DNA of 64,000 nt from Eledone cirrhosa (taxonomy: Eukaryota), in assembly GCA_964016885.1 (NCBI GenBank), contig OZ024764.1:18476001-18540000 (forward strand), written 5' to 3'. The translations under genes were made by a program, and so were the position numbers. This document shows, piece after piece, positions 1 through 10,700 of the stretch (positions are counted from its first letter, which is position 1; every line of letters begins with the position of its first letter). A model generated the notes under the pieces. It ran no database searches. It was not told the DNA's origin and saw only the letters and a list, made by a program, of their open reading frames with translations.

Positions 1-1774
1 GTAAAGTGGTCATGTAGATGTCACAACAAAAAGTACCCAGTCCACACTGTAAAGTGGTCATGTAGGTGTCACAACAAAAAGTACGCAGTCCACACTGTAA
101 AGTGGTCATATAGGTGTCACAACAAAAAGTACCCAGTCCACACTGTAAAGTGGTTATGTAGGTGTCACAACAAAAAGGACCCAGTCCACACTGTAAAGTG
201 GTCATGTAGGTGTCATGACAAAAAGTACCCAGTCCACACTGTAAAGTGGTCATGTAGGTGTCACAACAAACAGCACCCAGTCCACACTGTAAAGTGGTCA
301 TGTAGGTGTCACAACAAACAGCACCCAGTCCACACTGTAAAGTGGTCATGTAGGTGTCACAACAAAAAGTGCCCAGTCCACACTGTAAAGTGGTCATGTA
401 GGTGTCTCAACAAAAAGTACCCAGTCTACACTGTAAAGTGGTCATGTAGGTGTCACAACAAAAAGTACTCAGTCCACACTGTGAAGTGGTCATGTAGGTG
501 TCACAACAAAAAGTACCCAGTTCACACTGTAAAGTGGTCATGTAGGTGTCTCAACAAAAAGTACCCAGTCCACACTGTAAAGTGGTCATGTAGGTGTCAC
601 AACAAAAAGTACCCAGTCCACACTGTAAAGTGGTCATGTAGGTGTCTCAACAAAAAGTACCCAGTCCACACTGTAAAGTGGTCATATAGGTGACACAACA
701 AAAAGTACCCAGTCCACACTGTAAAGTGGTCATGTAGGTGTCACAACAAACAGCACCCAGTCCACACTGTAAAGTGGTCATGTAGGTGTCTCAACAAAAA
801 GTACCCTGTCCACACTGTAAAGTGGTCATGTAGGTGACACAACAAAAAGTACCCAGTCCACACTGTAAAGTGGTCATGTAGGTGTCACAACAAACAGCAC
901 CCAGTCCACACTGTAAAGTGGTCATGTAGGTGTCTCAACAAAAAGTACCCAGTCCACACTGTAAAGTGGTCATGTAGGTGACACAACAAAAAGTACCCAG
1001 TCCACACTGTAAAGTGGTCATGTAGGTGTCACAACAAAAAGTACCCAGTCCACACTGTAAAGTGGTCATGTAGGTGTCTCAACAAAAAGTACCCAGTCCA
1101 CACTGTAAAGTGGTCATGTAGGTGTCTCAACAAAAAGTACTCAGTCCACACTGTAAAGTGGTCATGTAGGTGACACAACAAAAAGTACCCAGTCCACACT
1201 GTAAAGTGGTCATGTAGGTGTCTCAACAAAAAGTACCCAGTCCACACTGTAAAGTGGTCATGTAGGTGACACAACAAAAAGTACCCAGTCCAAACTGTAA
1301 AGTGGTCATGTAGGTGTCACAACAAACAGCACCCAGTCCACACTGTAAAGTGGTCATGTAGGTGACTCAACAAAAAATACCCAGTCCACACTGTAAAGTG
1401 GTCATGTAGGTGACACAACAAAAAGTACCCAGTCCACACTGTAAAATGGTCATGTAGGTGTCACAACAAAAAGTACCCAGTCCACACTGTAAAGTGGTCA
1501 TGTAGGTGTCACAACAAACAGCACCCAGTCCACACTGTAAAGTGGTCATGTAGGTGTCTCAACAAAAAGTAGCCAGTCCACACTGTAAAGTGGTCATGTA
1601 GGTGTCTCAACAAAAAGTACCCAGTCCACACTGTAAAGTGGTCATGTAGGTGTCACAACAAAAAGTACCCAGTCCACACTGTAAAGTGGTCATGTAGGTG
1701 TCACAACAAACAACACCCAGTCCACACTGTATTGTGGTCATGTAGATGTCACAACAAAAAGTACCCAGTCTACA

Positions 1775-4700
1775 CTGTAAAGTGGTCATGTAGGTGTCAC
1801 AACAAAAAGTACCCAGTACACACTGTATAGTGGTCATGTAGGTGTCACAACAAAAAGTACCCAGTCCACACTGTAAAGTGGTCATGTAGGTGTCACAACA
1901 AAAAGTACCCAGTCCACACTGTAAAGTGGCCATGTAGGTGTCTCAACAAAAAGTACCCAGTCCACACTGTAAAGTGGTCATGTAGATGTCACAACAAAAA
2001 GTACCCAGTCCACACTGTAAAGTGGTCATGTAGGTGTCACAACAAAAAGTACGCAGTCCACACTGTAAAGTGGTCATATAGGTGTCACAACAAAAAGTAC
2101 CCAGTCCACACTGTAAAGTGGTCATGTAGGTGTCACAACAAAAAGGACCCAGTCCACACTGTAAAGTGGTCATGTAGGTGTCATGACAAAAAGTACCCAG
2201 TCCACACTGTAAAGTGGTCATGTAGGTGTCACAACAAACAGCACCCAGTCCACACTGTAAAGTGGTCATGTAGGTGTCACAACAAACAGCACCCAGTCCA
2301 CACTGTAAAGTGGTCATGTAGGTGTCACAACAAAAAGTGCCCAGTCCACACTGTAAAGTGGTCATGTAGGTGTCTCAACAAAAAGTACCCAGTCTACACT
2401 GTAAAGTGGTCATGTAGGTGTCACAACAAAAAGTACTCAGTCCACACTGTGAAGTGGTCATGTAGGTGTCACAACAAAAAGTACCCAGTACTCATTGTAA
2501 AGTGGTCATGTAGGTGTCACAACAAAAAGTACCCAGTCCACACTGTAAAGTGGTCATGTAGGTGACACAACAAAAAGCACCGAGTACACACTGTAAAGTG
2601 TCATGTAGGTGTCACAACAAAAAGCTCCCAGTAAACACTGTAAAGTGGTCATGTAGGTGACACAACAAAAATCACCCAGTACACACTGTAAAGTGGTCAT
2701 GTAGGTGTCACAACAAAAAGTACCCAGTCCACACTGTAAAGAGGTCTGTAGGTGTCACAACAAAAAGTACCCAGTACACACTGTAAAGTGGTCATGTAGG
2801 TGTCACAACAAAAAGTACCCAGTCCACACTGTAAAGTGGTCTGTAGGTGTCACAACAAAAAGCACCCAGTCCACACTGTAAAGAGGTCATGTAGGTGTCA
2901 CAACAAAAAGTACCCAGTCCACACTGTAAAGTGGTCATGTAGGTGTCTCAATAAAAAGTACCCAGTCCACACTGTAAAGTGGTCATGTAGGTGACACAAC
3001 AAAAAGTACCCAGTCCACACTGTAAAGTGGTCATGTAGGTGTCACAACAAACAGCACCCAGTCCACACTGTAAAGTGGTCATGTAGGTGTCTCAACAAAA
3101 AGTACCCAGTCCACACTGTAAAGTGGTCATGTAGGTGACACAACAAAAAGTACCCAGTCCACACTGTAAAGTGGTCATGAAGGTGTCACAACAAAAAGTA
3201 CCCAGTCCACACTGTAAAGTGGTCATGTAGGTGTCTCAACAAAAAGTACCCAGTCCACACTGTAAAGTGGTCATGTAGGTGTCTCAACAAAATGTACTCA
3301 GTCCACACTGTAAAGTGGTCATGTAGGTGACACAACAAAAAGAACCCAGTCCACACTGTAAAGTGGTCATGTAGGTGTCACAACAAACAGCACCTAGTCC
3401 ACACTGTAAAGTGGTCATGTAGGTGTCTCAACAAAAAGTACCCAGTCCACACTGTAAAGTGGTCATGTAGGTGACACAACAAAAAGTACCCAGTCCACAC
3501 TGTAAAGTGGTCATGTAGGTGTCACAACAAACAGCACCCAGTCCACACTGTAAAGTGGTCATGTAGGTGTCTCAACAAAAAGTACCCAGTCCACACTGTA
3601 AAGTGGTCATGTAAGTGTCTCAACAAAAAGTACCCAGTCCACACTGTAAAGTGTTCATGTAGGTGTCACAACAAAAAGTACCCAGTCCACACTTTAAAGT
3701 CGTCATGTAGGTGTCACAACAAACAACACCCAGTCCACACTGTATAGTGGTTATGTAGGTGTCACAACAAAAAGTACCCAGTCTACACTGTAAAGTGGTC
3801 ATGTAGGTGTCACAACAAAAAGTACCCAGTACACACTGTATAGTGGTCATGTAGGTGTCACAACAAAAAGTACCCAGTCCACACTGTAAAGTGGTCATGT
3901 AGGTGTCACAACAAAAAGTACCCAGTCCACACTGTAAAGTGGTCATGTAGGTCTCAAAACAAAAAGTACCCAGTCCACACTGTAAAGTGGTCATGTAGGT
4001 GTCACAACAAAAAGTACCCAGTCCACACTGTAAAGTGGTCATGTAGGTGTCTCAACAAAAAGTACCCAGTCCACACTGTAAAGTGGTCATGTAGGTGTCA
4101 CAACAAAAAGTACCCAGTCCACACTGTAAAGTGGTCATGTAGGTGTCACAACAAACAGCACCCAGTCCACACTGTAAAGTGTTCATGTAGGTGTCTCAAC
4201 AAAAAGTACCCAGTCCACACTGTAAAGTGGTCATGTAGGTGACACAACAAAAAGTACCCAGTCCACACTGTAAAGTGGTCATGTAGGTGTCACAACAAAC
4301 AGCACCCAGTCCACACTGTAAAGTGGTCATGTAGGTGTCTCAACAAAAAGTACCCAGTCCACACTGTAAAGTGGTCATGTAGGTGACACAACAAAAAGTA
4401 CCCAGTCCACACTGTAAAGTGGTCATTTAGGTGTCACAACAAAAAGTACCCAGTCCACACTGTAAAGTGGTCATGTAGGTGTCTCAACAAAAAGTACTCA
4501 GTCCACACTGTAAAGTGGTCATGTAGGTGACACAACAAAAAGTACACAGTCCACACTGTAAAGTGGTCATGTAGGTGTCACAACAAACAGCACCTAGTCC
4601 ACACTGTAAAGTGGTCATGTAGGTTTCTCAACAAAAAGTACCCAGTCCACACTGTAAAGTGGTCATGTAGGTGTCACAACAAAAAGTACCCAGTCCACAC

Positions 4701-7700
4701 TGTAAAGTGGTCATGTAGGTGTCACAACAAAAAGTACCCAGTCCACACTGTAAAGTGGTCATGTAGGTGTCACAACAAAAAGTACCCAGTCCACACTGTA
4801 AAGTGGTCATGTAGGTGTCACAACAAAAAGTACCCAGTCCACACTGTAAAGTGGTCATTTAGGTGTCACGACAAAAAGTACCCAGTCCACACTGTAAAGT
4901 GGTCATGTAGGTATCATGACAAAACGTACCCAGTCCACCCTGTAAATTGGTCATGTAGGTGTCACAACAAAAAGTACCCAGTCCACACTGTAAAGTGGTC
5001 ATGTAGGTGTCACAACAAACAGCACCCAGTCCACACTGTAAAGTGGTCATGTAGGTGACACAACAAAAAGTACCCAGTCCACACTGTAAAGTGGTCATGT
5101 AGGTGACACAACAAAAAGTACCCAGTCCACACTGTAAAGTGGTCATGTAGGTGTCACAACAAAAAGTACCCAGTCCACACTGTAAAGTGGTCATGTAGGT
5201 GTCTCAACAAAAAGTACCCAGTCCACACTGTAAAGTGGTCATGTAGGTGTCTCAACAAAAAGTACTCAGTCCACACTGTAAAGTGGTCATGTAGGTGACA
5301 CAACAAAAAGTACCCAGTCCACACTGTAAAGTGGTCATGTAGGTGTCACAACAAACAGCACCTAGTCCACACTGTAAAGTGGTCATGTAGGTGTCACAAC
5401 AAAAAGTACCCAGTACACACTGTATAGTGGTCATGTAGGTGTCACAACAAAAAGTACCCAGTCCACACTATAAAGTGGTCATGTAGGTGTCACAACAAAA
5501 AGTACCCAGTCCACACTGTAAAGTGGTCATGTAGGTGTCTCAACAAAAAGTACCCAGTCCACACTGTAAAGTGGTCATGTAGGTGTCACAACAAAAAGTA
5601 CCCAGTCCACACTGTAAAGTGGTCATGTAGGTGTCACAACAAAAAGTACGCAGTCCACACTGTAAAGTGGTCATGTAGGTGTCACAACAAAAAGTACCCA
5701 GTCCACACTGTAAAGTGGTTATGTAGGTGTCACAACAAAAAGGACCCAGTCCACACTGTAAAGTGGTCATGTAGGTGTCATGACAAAAAGTACCCAGTCC
5801 ACACTGTAAAGTGGTCATGTAGGTGTCACAACAAACAGCACCCAGTCCACACTGTAAAGCGGTAATGTAGGTGTCACAACAAACAGCACCCAGTCCACAC
5901 TGTAAAGTGGTCATGTAGGTGTCACAACAAAAAGTACCCAGTACACACTGTATAGTGGTCATGTAGGTGTCACAACAAAAAGTACCCAGTCCACACTGTA
6001 AATTGGTCATGTAGGTGTCACAACAAAAAGTACCCAGTTCACACTGTAAAGTGGTCATGTAGGTGTCTCAACAAAAAGTACCCAGTCCACACTGTAAAGT
6101 GGTCATGTAGGTGTCACAACAAAAAGTACCCAGTCCACACTGTAAAGTGGTCATGTAGGTGTCTCAACAAAAAGTACCCAGTCCACACTGTAAAGTGGTC
6201 ATATAGGTGACACAACAAAAAGTACCCAGTCCACACTGTAAAGTGGTCATGTAGGTGACACAACAAACAGCACCCAGTCCACACTGTAAAGTGGTCATGT
6301 AGGTGTCACAACAAAAAGTACCCAGTCCACACTGTAAAGTGGTCATGTAGGTGTCTCAACAAAAAGTACCCAGTCCACACTGTAAAGTGGTCATGTAGGT
6401 GTCTCAACAAAAAGTACTCAGTCCACACTGTAAAGTGGTCATGTAGGTGACACAACAAAAAGTACCCAGTCCACACTGTAAAGTGGTCATGTAGGTGTCA
6501 CAACAAACAGCACCTAGTCCACACTGTAAAGTGGTCATGTAGGTGTCACAACAAAAAGTACCCAGTACACACTGTATAGTGGTCATGTAGGTGTCACAAC
6601 AAAAAGTACCCAGTCCACACTATAAAGTGGTCATGTAGGTGTCACAACAAAAAGTACCCAGTCCACACTGTAAAGTGGTCATGTAGGTGTCTCAACAAAA
6701 AGTACCCAGTCCACACTGTAAAGTGGTCATGTAGGTGTCACAACAAAAAGTACCCAGTCCACACTGTAAAGTGGTCATGTAGGTGTCACAACAAAAAGTA
6801 CGCAGTCCACACTGTAAAGTGGTCATGTAGGTGTCACAACAAAAAGTACCCAGTCCACACTGTAAAGTGGTCATGTAGGTGTCACAACAAAAAGGACCCA
6901 GTCCACACTGTAAAGTGGTCATGTAGGTGTCATGACAAAAAGTACCCAGTCCACACTGTAAAGTGGTCATGTAGGTGTCACAACAAACAGCACCCAGTCC
7001 ACACTGTAAAGCGGTAATGTAGGTGTCACAACAAACAGCACCCAGTCCACACTGTAAAGTGGTCATGTAGGTGTCACAACAAAAAGTACCCAGTACACAC
7101 TGTATAGTGGTCATGTAGGTGTCACAACAAAAAGTACCCAGTCCACACTGTAAATTGGTCATGTAGGTGTCACAACAAAAAGTACCCAGTTCACACTGTA
7201 AAGTGGTCATGTAGGTGTCTCAACAAAAAGTACCCAGTCCACACTGTAAAGTGGTCATGTAGGTGTCACAACAAAAAGTACCCAGTCCACACTGTAAAGT
7301 GGTCATGTAGGTGTCTCAACAAAAAGTACCCAGTCCACACTGTAAAGTGGTCATATAGGTGACACAACAAAAAGTACCCAGTCCACACTGTAAAGTGGTC
7401 ATGTAGGTGACACAACAAACAGCACCCAGTCCACACTGTAAAGTGGTCATGTAGGTGTCTCAACAAAAAGTACCCTGTCCACACTGTAAAGTGGTCATGT
7501 AGGTGTCACAACAAACAGCACCCAGTCCACACTGTAAAGTGGTCATGTAGGTGTCTCAACAAAAAGTACCCAGTCCACACTGTAAAGTGGTCATGTAGGT
7601 GTCACAACAAAAAGTACCCAGTCCACACTGTAAAGTGGTCATGTAGGTGTCACAACAAAAAGTACCCAGTCCACACTGTAAAGTGGTCATGTAGGTGTCA

Positions 7701-10700
7701 CAACAAAAAGTACCCAGTCCACACTGTAAAGTGGTCATGTAGGTGTCACAACAAAAAGTACCCAGTCCACACTGTAAAGTGGTCATTTAGGTGTCACGAC
7801 AAAAAGTACCCAGTCCACACTGTAAAGTGGTCATGTAGGTATCATGACAAAACGTACCCAGTCCACCCTGTAAATTGGTCATGTAGGTGTCACAACAAAA
7901 AGTACCCAGTCCACACTGTAAAGTGGTCATGTAGGTGTCACAACAAACAGCACCCAGTCCACACTGTAAAGTGGTCATGTAGGTGACACAACAAAAAGTA
8001 CCCAGTCCACACTGTAAAGTGGTCATGTAGGTGACACAACAAAAAGTACCCAGTCCACACTGTAAAGTGGTCATGTAGGTGTCACAACAAAAAGTACCCA
8101 GTCCACACTGTAAAGTGGTCATGTAGGTGTCTCAACAAAAAGTACCCAGTACACACTGTATAGTGGTCATGTAGGTGTCACAACAAAAAGTACCCAGTCC
8201 ACACTATAAAGTGGTCATGTAGGTGTCTCAACAAAAAGTACTCAGTCCACACTGTAAAGTGGTCATGTAGGTGACACAACAAAAAGTACCCAGTCCACAC
8301 TGTAAAGTGGTCATGTAGGTGTCACAACAAACAGCACCTAGTCCACACTGTAAAGTGGTCATGTAGGTGTCACAACAAAAAGTACCCAGTACACACTGTA
8401 TAGTGGTCATGTAGGTGTCACAACAAAAAGTACCCAGTCCACACTGTAAAGTGGTCATGTAGGTGTCACAACAAAAAGTACCCAGTCCACACTGTAAAGT
8501 GGCCATGTAGGTGTCTCAACAAAAAGTACCCAGTCCACACTGTAAAGTGGTCATGTAGATGTCACAACAAAAAGTACCCAGTCCACACTGTAAAGTGGTC
8601 ATGTAGGTGTCACAACAAAAAGTACGCAGTCCACACTGTAAAGTGGTCATATAGGTGTCACAACAAAAAGTACCCAGTCCACACTGTAAAGTGGTCATGT
8701 AGGTGTCACAACAAAAAGGACCCAGTCCACACTGTAAAGTGGTCATGTAGGTGTCATGACAAAAAGTACCCAGTCCACACTGTAAAGTGGTCATGTAGGT
8801 GTCACAACAAACAGCACCCAGTCCACACTGTAAAGTGGTCATGTAGGTGTCACAACAAACAGCACCCAGTCCACACTGTAAAGTGGTCATGTAGGTGTCA
8901 CAACAAAAAGTGCCCAGTCCACACTGTAAAGTGGTCATGTAGGTGTCTCAACAAAAATTACCCAGTCTACACTGTAAAGTGGTCATGTAGGTGTCACAAC
9001 AAAAAGTACTCAGTCCACACTGTGAAGTGGTCATGTAGGTGTCACAACAAAAAGTACCCAGTACTCATTGTAAAGTGGTCATGTAGGTGTCACAACAAAA
9101 AGTAACCAGTCCACACTGTAAAGTGGTCATGTAGGTGACACAACAAAAAGCACCGAGTACACACTGTAAAGTGTCATGTAGGTGTCACAACAAAAAGCTC
9201 CCAGTAAACACTGTAAAGTGGTCATGTAGGTGACACAACAAAAATCACCCAGTACACACTGTAAAGTGGTCATGTAGGTGTCACAACAAAAAGTACCCAG
9301 TCCACACTGTAAAGAGGTCTGTAGGTGTCACAACAAAAAGTACCCAGTACACACTGTAAAGTGGTCATGTAGGTGTCACAACAAAAAGTACCCAGTCCAC
9401 ACTGTAAAGTGGTCTGTAGGTGTCACAACAAAAAGCACCCAGTCCACACTGTAAAGAGGTCATGTAGGTGTCACAACAAAAAGTACCCAGTCCACACTGT
9501 AAAGTGGTCATGTAGGTGTCTCAATAAAAAGTACCCAGTCCACACTGTAAAGTGGTCATGTAGGTGACACAACAAAAAGTACCCAGTCCACACTGTAAAG
9601 TGGTCATGTAGGTGTCACAACAAACAGCACCCAGTCCACACTGTAAAGTGGTCATGTAGGTGTCTCAACAAAAAGTACCCAGTCCACACTGTAAAGTGGT
9701 CATGTAGGTGACACAACAAAAAGTACCCAGTCCACACTGTAAAGTGGTCATGAAGGTGTCACAACAAAAAGTACCCAGTCCACACTGTAAAGTGGTCATG
9801 TAGGTGTCTCAACAAAAAGTACCCAGTCCACACTGTAAAGTGGTCATGTAGGTGTCTCAACAAAATGTACTCAGTCCACACTGTAAAGTGGTCATGTAGG
9901 TGACACAACAAAAAGAACCCAGTCCACACTGTAAAGTGGTCATGTAGGTGTCACAACAAACAGCACCTAGTCCACACTGTAAAGTGGTCATGTAGGTGTC
10001 TCAACAAAAAGTACCCAGTCCACACTGTAAAGTGGTCATGTAGGTGACACAACAAAAAGTACCCAGTCCACACTGTAAAGTGGTCATGTAGGTGTCACAA
10101 CAAACAGCACCCAGTCCACACTGTAAAGTGGTCATGTAGGTGTCTCAACAAAAAGTACCCAGTCCACACTGTAAAGTGGTCATGTAAGTGTCTCAACAAA
10201 AAGTACCCAGTCCACACTGTAAAGTGTTCATGTAGGTGTCACAACAAAAAGTACCCAGTCCACACTTTAAAGTCGTCATGTAGGTGTCACAACAAACAAC
10301 ACCCAGTCCACACTGTATAGTGGTTATGTAGGTGTCACAACAAAAAGTACCCAGTCTACACTGTAAAGTGGTCATGTAGGTGTCACAACAAAAAGTACCC
10401 AGTACACACTGTATAGTGGTCATGTAGGTGTCACAACAAAAAGTACCCAGTCCACACTGTAAAGTGGTCATGTAGGTGTCACAACAAAAAGTACCCAGTC
10501 CACACTGTAAAGTGGTCATGTAGGTCTCAAAACAAAAAGTACCCAGTCCAAACTGTAAAGTGGTCATGTAGGTGTCACAACAAAAAGTACCCAGTCCACA
10601 CTGTAAAGTGGTCATGTAGGTGTCTCAACAAAAAGTACCCAGTCCACACTGTAAAGTGGTCATGTAGGTGTCACAACAAAAAGTACCCAGTCCACACTGT

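Noticed and set aside
1-48. CENP-B box, human CER 48-bp satellite or DRD4 48-bp VNTR
   Set aside because: The consensus has no CpG, so it cannot contain the TTCG..CGGG box. It does not resemble those repeats as I recall them, and only the length is shared.
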